A DNA stretch of 64,000 bases from Candidatus Falkowbacteria bacterium (GTDB lineage: Bacteria > Patescibacteriota > Patescibacteriia > XYB2-FULL-38-15). The position numbers and the translations under genes were made by a program. Location: positions 591-64,590 of the forward strand of contig JACRNW010000016.1 in assembly GCA_016214745.1 (NCBI GenBank), written 5' to 3'. Of the stretch, positions 57,455-64,000 are shown piece by piece. Under the pieces are notes generated by a model, which worked only from the letters and a program-made list of their open reading frames with translations, ran no database searches and was not told the DNA's origin. Within the stretch, counting starts at the first letter, position 1. Each line of letters starts with the position of its first letter.

Positions 57455-59689
57455 ATGTACTTACAGAAATTGGAAATTCAAGGATTTAAGTCTTTCGCCA
57501 ATAAGACCGTTTTGGAATTTACTGCCAAGGGCAGAAATCAAAAAAGTGTAACTGCGATAGTTGGTCCAAATGGCAGTGGCAAATCCAATATTGCCGATGC
57601 TGTCCGCTGGGTTTTGGGCGAGCAGAGTTTAAAATTGCTCCGCGGCAAAAAGTCGGAAGACGTGATTTTTTCCGGATCGCCGAAAAAACCGCGTATGGGT
57701 TTTGCCGAGGTTTCGTTATATTTGAATAATGAAGACGGTTCCGCGCCGATTGATTTTCGCGAAGTGGTTTTGACTCGCCGAGTTTATCGAAGTGGCGAGA
57801 GCGAATATTTGATTAATAAAAGTAAGGTTCGCCTTTCGGACGTTTTATTGCTTTTGGCCCAATCAAATTTTGGCCAAAAAACCTACTCCATCATCGGCCA
57901 GGGCATGGTGGATGCGATGTTACTTGCCACGCCGCTTGAACGTAAAGAATTTTTTGATGAAGCGACTGGAGTTGAACAATACCAAATGAAGCGCGATCAG
58001 GCTTTGAATAAATTAAAAGCCGGCGAAGAAAATTTACGCCAAGCCGAAACGCTTTTTGCCGAAATTGAACCGCGGGTAAAATCTTTGACGCGCCAAATGA
58101 AGCGTTTGGCCGAACGGAGTCAGGTTGAAGCTGAACTGAAAAGTTTGCAGAAAAAATATTACAGCCATCTTTGGAAAGAGCTGACCGGCAAGATGAAAAA
58201 TGAGGAAACGCGCGTCGCGCCGCTCGCGGCAAAAAAGAAAAAACTGGAAGAAGAAATTTCCGAAGCCGAAGGAAAACTGAAGGTGATGGAAAAAGAACAG
58301 CCGACGTCGGATGTTTTCAGAAAACTTCAAACTGAATACGAAAAATTATTTGAAGAAAAGAATCGTCTGCGCGAACGGGACATGACCGTCAAAAACAAGA
58401 TTGCTCTCTTTGAACATGTTGGGCTTAGCCGGCCAATGGCCATGCCGGCCAGTGAAGTTGAAATGGCGATTGAAGATTTATTTCAAAGATATGAAAGTTT
58501 CGTCCAAAAATTAGTAAAAGCGAAAGAAGTCGGCGATTTGGCGAATTTAAAAAAAGAAGCGGAAGGCCTGCGGCGGGAATTCGCGGATTTTTTCGCTAAA
58601 TTAAAACGCGAGCCGGCGAAGCATGAAGCCGCGAAAATTGATCCGTCTTTGCCGAAAGAATTGGAAAAAATTGCCGGTGAAATTGAAAAGATAAATCGCG
58701 ACCTGACTGAAGTTCAAGTAAAAATTGAAAATTTTAATCGCGAACAAGAGATTGAACGGAGAAGTTTTTTTGAGTTGCAAAGAATTCTCCAGTTAAAACA
58801 GCACGAACTTTATCTTTTGACTTCAGAAATCAATTCCATTCAGGTGGAAAATGCTGGAGCCGTTGCGCGGCGTGAAGATTTGGAAAGAGAAATTAAACAG
58901 GAGTTGGGCGATTTGGGAAATCTCGGCGAGTCGGCCGGTTTTGAGTCGGATTGGCGCGATAAAATTTTTAAATTGAAACATCAGCTGGAATTGATCGGCG
59001 GCATTGATCCGGAAACGGAAAAGGAATATAAGGAATCGAGCGAGCGCTACGAATTTTTAAAAAGCCAGATTACCGATTTGCGCGGAGCGATAGATTCTTT
59101 AATGAAAGTGATCGGCGAATTGGACGGAATTATTAAAAAACAATTTGATACGGCTTTTGGAAAAATCAACGACGAGTTTGGAAAATATTTTAAAATTTTG
59201 TTTGGCGGCGGCAAAGCCCAGTTGACACTGAAAAAAGAAATTAAGGTAGAAGAAGAGGAAGCGGCCGAGGGAGAAGTGGCGGAAGTTGCGCCGGCAGAAG
59301 AGAAAAAAAAGAAAGGCGAGGAATTTGTCGCCGGAATTGAAGTGGAAGCTACTCCGCCGGGTAAGCGTTTAAAAAATATTGGCATGCTTAGCGGCGGCGA
59401 GCGGGCCCTCACATCCATCGCGCTTCTTTCGGCGATCATTGCCAATAATCCCGCGCCGTTTGTTGTTTTGGACGAAGTGGACGCCGCGCTTGATGAATCA
59501 AACTCCGTGCGCTTTGCCAATGTTTTTGATGAGTTGACCGGGAAGACTCAATTTATTTTAATTACCCACAATCGTGCGACTATGCAAAAGGCCAGTATTC
59601 TATACGGCGTGACTATGGAATCGGATGGCGTCTCGAGGCTCTTGAGCTTGAATCTTGAGCAGGCGGAAAAAGCGGTCAACCCCGCTTGA
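57455..59689 (+). CDS. smc: SMC-family chromosome segregation ATPase (shortened, 744 aa)
   Basis: N-terminal Walker A GPNGSGKSN, C-terminal signature LSGGERALTSIALL and Walker B VVLDEVDAALD. The coiled coil is much shorter than in canonical SMC. Confidence 0.8.
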   Translation: MYLQKLEIQGFKSFANKTVLEFTAKGRNQKSVTAIVGPNGSGKSNIADAVRWVLGEQSLKLLRGKKSEDVIFSGSPKKPRMGFAEVSLYLNNEDGSAPIDFREVVLTRRVYRSGESEYLINKSKVRLSDVLLLLAQSNFGQKTYSIIGQGMVDAMLLATPLERKEFFDEATGVEQYQMKRDQALNKLKAGEENLRQAETLFAEIEPRVKSLTRQMKRLAERSQVEAELKSLQKKYYSHLWKELTGKMKNEETRVAPLAAKKKKLEEEISEAEGKLKVMEKEQPTSDVFRKLQTEYEKLFEEKNRLRERDMTVKNKIALFEHVGLSRPMAMPASEVEMAIEDLFQRYESFVQKLVKAKEVGDLANLKKEAEGLRREFADFFAKLKREPAKHEAAKIDPSLPKELEKIAGEIEKINRDLTEVQVKIENFNREQEIERRSFFELQRILQLKQHELYLLTSEINSIQVENAGAVARREDLEREIKQELGDLGNLGESAGFESDWRDKIFKLKHQLELIGGIDPETEKEYKESSERYEFLKSQITDLRGAIDSLMKVIGELDGIIKKQFDTAFGKINDEFGKYFKILFGGGKAQLTLKKEIKVEEEEAAEGEVAEVAPAEEKKKKGEEFVAGIEVEATPPGKRLKNIGMLSGGERALTSIALLSAIIANNPAPFVVLDEVDAALDESNSVRFANVFDELTGKTQFILITHNRATMQKASILYGVTMESDGVSRLLSLNLEQAEKAVNPA

Positions 59690-59854
59690 CAAACAGACAG
59701 CACTGTAGCAAAATAGCAATACGGTCAGAAGTTAGACATTTATGATCCTTGGGATTTTTAAGATTCTTAGGATCGTTAGGTAAAGTGAAGTTTAAAATTT
59801 AAAAAATCTTAATAATCTTAAAAATCGTCAGAATCTTAATAATCTTAACAACAT

Positions 59855-60226
59855 ATGTTAGTAATTCGTCTATCTCGCACGGGTAAAAGCGCGCAGCCAA
59901 GCTACCGCTTGATTGTTTCAGAAAAAAGTAAAGATCCTTGGGGAAAATATTTAGAAATCCTCGGACATTATTATCCAAAAAAAGAAGCCAAGCTGGTGGA
60001 CTTGAATGAAGAAAGATTAAAATACTGGTTGGGGAAAGGCGCAAAACTTTCCGAAACCGTAAATAATATTTTGGTTAATCAGGGAGTGGTAAATACGCCA
60101 AAAGTAAGAATGGTTAAGATTAGTAAGCGACGGGCGGCCAAAGCGGCTGAATCCAAAAAAGGAGCCGAGGCAGCTGCCAAAGCAGCAGCGCCAAAGGCCG
60201 AAACGCCGGTTGAGACAAAGGCTTAA
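59855..60226 (+). CDS. rpsP: 30S ribosomal protein S16 with Ala/Lys-rich C-terminal extension
   Basis: MLVIRLSRTGKSAQPSYRLIV matches the S16 N-terminus. Confidence 0.9.
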   Translation: MLVIRLSRTGKSAQPSYRLIVSEKSKDPWGKYLEILGHYYPKKEAKLVDLNEERLKYWLGKGAKLSETVNNILVNQGVVNTPKVRMVKISKRRAAKAAESKKGAEAAAKAAAPKAETPVETKA

Positions 60227-60337
60227 GGGTTGACAAATTCTTTAAAAAATGTTATTGTATTAATATAAATAGCTCTTCTGTGCATGGTCGAACAGCAAAG
60301 CAGCTATTTTCTGAACATTTAACAAGAAAAGAAACGT

Positions 60338-60658
60338 ATGGCAGAACGAGATCAAGAGTTCGTTGAATACATCGTGAAGCAGATCGTCAATCATCCGGAA
60401 GACGTCAAGACCGAAAGAACGGTCGACGAAATGGGAGTTTTAATCACTCTCAAAATCCATCCGGAAGACATGGGTTATGTGATTGGCAAGCAGGGTCAAA
60501 CCGCTCGCTCGATCAGAACTCTGTTGAAGATTGTCGGTGCGAAGGAAAAAGCCAGAGTCAATTTGAAAATCTACGAACCGGAAGGTTCAAGGATGAATCG
60601 AAGAGGCCCGGCTCCTTCTTCCGATGTTGACGCGGATGTTGAAGACTTGAAAATCTAA
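60338..60658 (+). CDS. KH-domain RNA-binding protein (YlqC/UPF0109 family)
   Basis: GYVIGKQGQTARSIRTLL KH motif. Between rpsP and trmD as in the conserved cluster. Confidence 0.8.
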   Translation: MAERDQEFVEYIVKQIVNHPEDVKTERTVDEMGVLITLKIHPEDMGYVIGKQGQTARSIRTLLKIVGAKEKARVNLKIYEPEGSRMNRRGPAPSSDVDADVEDLKI

Positions 60659-60671
60659 AACATCAATATAT

Positions 60672-60708
60672 AAAAATAACACACCACAAAATGGTGTGTT
60701 ATTTTATT
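60672..60708 (+). terminator. Intrinsic terminator (AATAACACACC acaaaa TGGTGTGTTATTTTATT)
   Basis: 11-bp stem plus a T-rich tail. Confidence 0.75.
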
Positions 60709-60750
60709 CTTAAACTCGACAGTCGAGCCGAGAGAGAATACAATTTGAAT

Positions 60751-61422
60751 ATGCTTCAATTTGACATCATCACAATCTTCCCCAAAAGTTTTGACTCTTA
60801 TTTTTCCGAGAGCATTATTTCGCGTGGGCAAAAAAAGAAATTGATAAAAATAGATGTTCACGATTTGCGGAAGTGGACCGAAGATAAACGAAAGACGGTT
60901 GATGACAAACCGTATGGCGGCGGGCCGGGCATGGTTTTAAAAGTTGAGCCGCTCGCAAAAGCCCTGCGGACTTTAAAGTTAAAAGTGAAAAGTGTAAAGT
61001 GTAAAGTAATTTTGTTTTCCGCCGGCGGGAAACAGTTTGATAATGCAGTGGCGGCAGAGCTGGCAGAAAAATATAATCGCTTAATTTTAATTTGCGGACA
61101 TTACGAAGGAGTGGACGAACGCGTCAAAAAAATAATTAAAGATTTAGGTTTTGAATTTTTTGAAATTTCAATCGGCCCGTATGTTTTGACCGGTGGCGAA
61201 CTGCCAGCCATGGTTTTAGCCGACGCGGTAGCCCGGCAAATTCCCGGCGTGCTCGGTAAAATCGAGTCGCTCGAAGAAAAGCGTTTAGGTGTTGGCGTGC
61301 CGGCTTACACCCGCCCGGAAATTTTTACTTTTAAAAATAAAAAATATCAAGTGCCGAAGGTTTTATTATCCGGTGATAATAAAAAAATTGAAGAGTGGAG
61401 ACTGAAACGAATAAAAAAATAA
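60751..61422 (+). CDS. trmD: tRNA (guanine37-N1)-methyltransferase
   Basis: MLQFDIITIFP... and GHYEGVDERV motifs. Start set to ATG at 60751. Confidence 0.9.
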   Translation: MLQFDIITIFPKSFDSYFSESIISRGQKKKLIKIDVHDLRKWTEDKRKTVDDKPYGGGPGMVLKVEPLAKALRTLKLKVKSVKCKVILFSAGGKQFDNAVAAELAEKYNRLILICGHYEGVDERVKKIIKDLGFEFFEISIGPYVLTGGELPAMVLADAVARQIPGVLGKIESLEEKRLGVGVPAYTRPEIFTFKNKKYQVPKVLLSGDNKKIEEWRLKRIKK

Positions 61423-61438
61423 ATCTCCCAACTAATTT

Positions 61439-61639
61439 CCCCTCCCTTGATGGGAGGGGTAAGGGGAGGGTGAAAAAAATCCCTCGGCGTTTCCGCGCCA
61501 CTCCCTTTTAAAAAGGGAGATAAATTTCACCCCTCACCCCCGCCCGCCACGCAAGCCAGCTTGCTGGCGTTGCGGGCAGGCCAACCCTCTCCCTCAAGGG
61601 GAGAGGGATTTTAATATTTTCTCCCTTTCGAAAAGGGAG
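61439..61639. repeat. Cluster of five GC-rich palindromic hairpins (GGGAGAGGG / CCCTCTCCC family) between trmD and the DGR target
   Basis: CCCCTCCCttgatGGGAGGGG, CTCCCTTttaaaAAGGGAG, CCCGCC..GCCAGCttGCTGGC..GCGGG, CCCTCTCCCtcaagGGGAGAGGG, CTCCCTTtcgaaAAGGGAG. Related copies at 45572-45660 and 46037-46057. Confidence 0.6.
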
Positions 61640-61659
61640 AGTTAGAGAGGGATTTATCC

Positions 61660-61688
61660 TTGACTTTTTATCTAAATCATGTTAATAT
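61660..61688 (+). promoter_or_regulatory. Candidate promoter (TTGACT-17-TAATAT) for the DGR target gene
   Basis: Hexamers read directly, ~90 nt upstream of the ATG. Confidence 0.45.
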
Positions 61689-61776
61689 AAAGCGTTGTCC
61701 TCATGTTGAGGAAACCCTGGGCCACGGGCAGTGGCAAAATGCTTTTCGGGCTTTCAGCCTGGAAGGAGATTCGGTC

Positions 61777-62655
61777 ATGGCAAAGTATCCGAACTGGACC
61801 GGAAGGATCGAGGCGCTTCTGAACGTGCTCGGCGGCGAGGAGGTCGTCGACGCGCTCATCGCCGGCACCAAGGTCGCGGAGATCAAGGATGCCGTGCGGA
61901 TGCTTTTCGACCGCCACGGTCGGTGCATCCCGCCGCAGGGCATGAAGGCCGAGGTGGTGGACGCCAATCGCGACTTCCACCTCACCCAGCCGGAAGTGAA
62001 CTTCGCCGAACGCTTGGCGCGCCTGACGCGCTTCCTCACGAACGGCGAGACGCCGATCTCGGCCGAGGAGTTCGAGCGGCGCACGGCGGAAATCGTGCGG
62101 CGGGTCAAGGGCGACAAGCTCTTGGTCAACCTCTTCTGCGGCGTGTTTCTGCCGATCGTTCTGCCGCAGATCGCGATCGGCGACTACGGCAAGACGCTCG
62201 ACCTGACGCTCCTCCCGGCCGTGGGCCGCGCCTACGAGGCCGAGTTCGCGGGCCGGAAGTTCTACAACCACCGGCAGGGAACGCTCGCGGGCGAGGTCAC
62301 GGTGGTGAAGGGCAGCCGGCACGAGGCGCTCGTCGCGGCAATCGCGGCGGGTCCGGTCGTGGCGCTGTATTTCCCGACCGCCCTGCAGGGGTTCTCCATC
62401 CCGGCGGACCTCGAGCAGATGGCGATGCTTCCCGACTTCGTTCTGCCCACCGGCGCTCTGGAACCGGCCGCGGCCATGGTCATGTACCCGGATGTGCTGG
62501 CTCGCGATGGCCAGACGCCCGGGCTGGACTGCGCGGCGCTGTCCTGGCGGGGCGGTTCGCTCTACTTCAAGGCCGACGGCGACAACCTCCTCTTCAACGG
62601 CGGGGGTCTGAGCGCCCGCGGCAACTACTCCGGCGGGCTCGTCGTCCTCGGGTAG
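61777..62655 (+). CDS. DGR target (variable) protein. GC-rich; the C-terminal ~36 codons form the variable repeat
   Basis: Start at MAKYPNW with RBS GGAAGGAGATTCGGTCATG. The 3' 108 nt (62545-62652) match the template repeat at 63048-63155 except at 16 adenine positions. C-terminus ...SWRGGSLYFKADGDNLLFNGGGLSARGNYSGGLVVLG. No signal peptide seen. Confidence 0.8.
   Translation: MAKYPNWTGRIEALLNVLGGEEVVDALIAGTKVAEIKDAVRMLFDRHGRCIPPQGMKAEVVDANRDFHLTQPEVNFAERLARLTRFLTNGETPISAEEFERRTAEIVRRVKGDKLLVNLFCGVFLPIVLPQIAIGDYGKTLDLTLLPAVGRAYEAEFAGRKFYNHRQGTLAGEVTVVKGSRHEALVAAIAAGPVVALYFPTALQGFSIPADLEQMAMLPDFVLPTGALEPAAAMVMYPDVLARDGQTPGLDCAALSWRGGSLYFKADGDNLLFNGGGLSARGNYSGGLVVLG
62545..62652 (+). repeat. 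DGR variable repeat (VR)
   Basis: 92/108 identical to the TR. All 16 mismatches are A in the TR versus G/C/T here (mostly G). Confidence 0.85.
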
Positions 62656-62734
62656 TGTCTGCCACTCGGATTTCGGTTCCTTGTTCCTTGGATCAAGTCC
62701 CTTGAGGATTTGGTTCTCGGACGCTTGACTTCGA

Positions 62735-62772
62735 CGGGGAACACGACTAAACATCGTGCGCCCCGTTTTTTT
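62735..62772 (+). terminator. Intrinsic terminator after the DGR target gene
   Basis: CGGGGaaCACGActaaacaTCGTGcgCCCCG followed by T7. Confidence 0.75.
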
Positions 62773-63047
62773 ATTTTCAAAAACGTGATAAAGTATAAAT
62801 TGAAAATAGGCTAATGCACTGCAGTTCATGGATTGCAGTCGCCGAAATCCTGCGTTTTTCACAATGTATCAGAGTCCGGCAGTTTACGGATTGTCGGAGC
62901 GCATACAGAAGACGCGGTAAACGATGTAGACACTGCTTACTTTTCCCTGGTGTCCAAATTGGGACCAAATAAAATTCAGGAGACGTAAATCTCGAAAAAT
63001 ATCGGGACTATTTCTCCGGTGCATCCAGATGGGGGAAAATAAATAAA

Positions 63048-63155
63048 TGGCAGGGCAATTCGCTCTACTTCAAGGCCAACGACGACAACCTCAACTTCAA
63101 CAACAGGAATCTGAACGCCAACGACAACTACTCCGGCGGGCTCGTCGTCCTCGGG
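63048..63155 (+). repeat. DGR template repeat (TR), non-coding and AAC-codon rich
   Basis: Homologous to the VR. In the VR frame it reads W Q G N S L Y F K A N D D N L N F N N R N L N A N D N Y S G G L V V L G, AAC/AAT codons at the variable sites. No start codon, and a stop lies in-frame upstream (62970-62972). Confidence 0.85.
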
Positions 63156-63165
63156 AGTGTCTTCT

Positions 63166-63203
63166 CCAAAAAAATAAGAGAGTTCCCTTGGGGGAACTCT
63201 CTT
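63166..63203 (-). terminator. Intrinsic terminator of avd (minus strand); 12-bp perfect hairpin immediately 3' of the TR
   Basis: AAGAGAGTTCCC ttgg GGGAACTCTCTT, followed on the minus strand by T7. May also serve as the structured element flanking the TR. Confidence 0.7.
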
Positions 63204-63209
63204 GCAATA

Positions 63210-63551
63210 TTAGAGCGTCTTAATCCAACCGCCGAACATCCGGCCAATTTCTTGGATAGTGGTCTGGAGCGTAAGATATTTTTTCTGATCAAGAATTTTT
63301 AATTCTCGCAGGACGCGGATAAAAATTTTTAGCGTTTCAAATTTGTTATTGGCTGCCAAAAGTATCGGCCGTTTCGCTTCTTTCGGAAGATAACTTGTTT
63401 CAAGAAGCAATTCCAGCACGGCAATTATATATTCTTCGCATTTCGCGCCCAAAGCGTATTTATCTTTTTTGGGAAATAATTCAAGAAAATTATAGTATGT
63501 TTTATAAAGTTCAATCGTTTTTTTCAAAATCGGCACCTCTGCCCGTTCCAA
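63210..63551 (-). CDS. avd: DGR accessory variability determinant (Avd, four-helix-bundle protein)
   Basis: FPKKDKYALGAKCEEYIIAVLELLLETSYL ... LQTTIQEIGRMFGGWIKTL closely parallels Bordetella bAvd (...QVLIAEVGRILGSWIA). Apparent TTG start. Divergent from the RT gene. Confidence 0.75.
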   Translation of the reverse strand: MERAEVPILKKTIELYKTYYNFLELFPKKDKYALGAKCEEYIIAVLELLLETSYLPKEAKRPILLAANNKFETLKIFIRVLRELKILDQKKYLTLQTTIQEIGRMFGGWIKTL

Positions 63552-63563
63552 ACGTGAGGCGCT

Positions 63564-63573
63564 GGGGGGGGGG
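63564..63573. repeat. G10 homopolymer tract in the 44-nt avd/RT divergent intergenic region
   Basis: Read directly (GCTGGGGGGGGGGTATTG). Confidence 0.7.
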
Positions 63574-63595
63574 TATTGAAGGAATTATTTTGCAT

Positions 63596-64000
63596 ATGTT
63601 TGTAATATTAGAAAATTTATTTTTTGCTTGGGACGAATTTAAGAAAGAAAAACAGAAGAAAGTAGACGTGATGGAATTTGAACGGCATCTTGAGGACAAT
63701 CTTTTCCGGCTGTACGAAGATCTTAACAGAAAGATTTATTTTCATCAACCTTACGAAACATTTTATATTTATGATCCAAAGTTTCGAGTGATTAACAAGG
63801 CGGCGGTGCGCGATCGTGTTGTACATCATTTTGTTTTTAAATATCTTGAGAAAATTTATCAGCCGCTTTTTATTCATCAGTCTTATGCATGTCAAAAGGG
63901 TAAGGGCACGCATCTTGCCGTCCGAGATTTAAGTCGGGCGTTGAGAGCGGTTACGGGAAATTATACAAAGCCGGTTTGGGCGCTCAAAATGGATATTAAA
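63596..64000 (+). CDS. DGR reverse transcriptase (N-terminal 135 aa; continues beyond the window)
   Basis: Hand translation: MFVILENLFFAWDEFKKEKQKKVDVMEFERHLEDNLFRLYEDLNRKIYFHQPYETFYIYDPKFRVINKAAVRDRVVHHFVFKYLEKIYQPLFIHQSYACQKGKGTHLAVRDLSRALRAVT...ALKMDIK. RT domains 1-2 (DPKxRxI..AxxRDRVVHH; SYACxKGKGTHxA; xDIxK) are characteristic of DGR RTs. Confidence 0.85.
   Translation, partial: MFVILENLFFAWDEFKKEKQKKVDVMEFERHLEDNLFRLYEDLNRKIYFHQPYETFYIYDPKFRVINKAAVRDRVVHHFVFKYLEKIYQPLFIHQSYACQKGKGTHLAVRDLSRALRAVTGNYTKPVWALKMDIK

Noticed and set aside
60979-61007. AAAGTG-type short tandem repeats inside trmD
   Set aside because: In frame, encoding a Lys/Val-rich loop (LKLKVKSVKCKV). Likely a simple low-complexity insertion with no obvious regulatory role.
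1-64000. CRISPR arrays, integrases/transposases, rRNA genes, additional tRNAs
   Set aside because: No regularly spaced direct repeats, no recombinase-like ORFs and no rRNA-like conserved blocks were seen. Only one tRNA cloverleaf could be folded by eye (10560-10646).
1-64000. Explaining the GC-rich islands as metagenomic mis-assembly or contamination
   Set aside because: Not adopted as the primary explanation, because each island begins and ends exactly at transcription-unit boundaries and the DGR VR (in an island) is matched by a TR in native AT-rich DNA. It still cannot be excluded without read-level evidence.

Overview
AT-rich (~38-42% GC) bacterial chromosome segment, probably from a reduced Candidate Phyla Radiation/Parcubacteria-type genome. 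This is inferred from weak or absent Shine-Dalgarno sites, a truncated SMC, many small membrane proteins, DGR and VirB2-like pilin content. The window spans the replication-origin neighbourhood (rpmH-rnpA-yidD ... dnaA-dnaN with DnaA boxes between dnaA and dnaN), rpoB-rpoC, a glycogen/alpha-glucan cluster (GH15, glgA, two tandem GH57, ROK kinase), cell-envelope glycan genes (flippase, O-antigen-ligase-like, SpoIID, PBP1A, galU), and housekeeping genes (ruvB, ruvC, typA, yebC, tig, clpP, nrnA, rbfA, rpsP, trmD, one tRNA-Ser). Three things stand out. (1) A complete diversity-generating retroelement at the 3' end: the target gene's variable repeat differs from a downstream template repeat at 16 positions, all adenines in the template, with an Avd gene and a DGR-type reverse transcriptase alongside. 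(2) A tandem array of nine diversified VirB2/TrbC-like (T4SS-pilin-like) small membrane proteins, several fused to Cys-rich modules. (3) Five ~60-70% GC islands, each a self-contained transcription unit with strong AAGGAGG-type RBS, carrying pyrF-pyrE, three lipoproteins, two small proteins and the DGR target. The window also contains several small repeat families (a MITE-like TACAAAT element, an ATATCCAATATCTAAT inverted-repeat family, GGGAGAGGG palindromes), a DUF559 endonuclease insertion with a 25-bp target-site duplication, and a ~240-nt candidate structured ncRNA.
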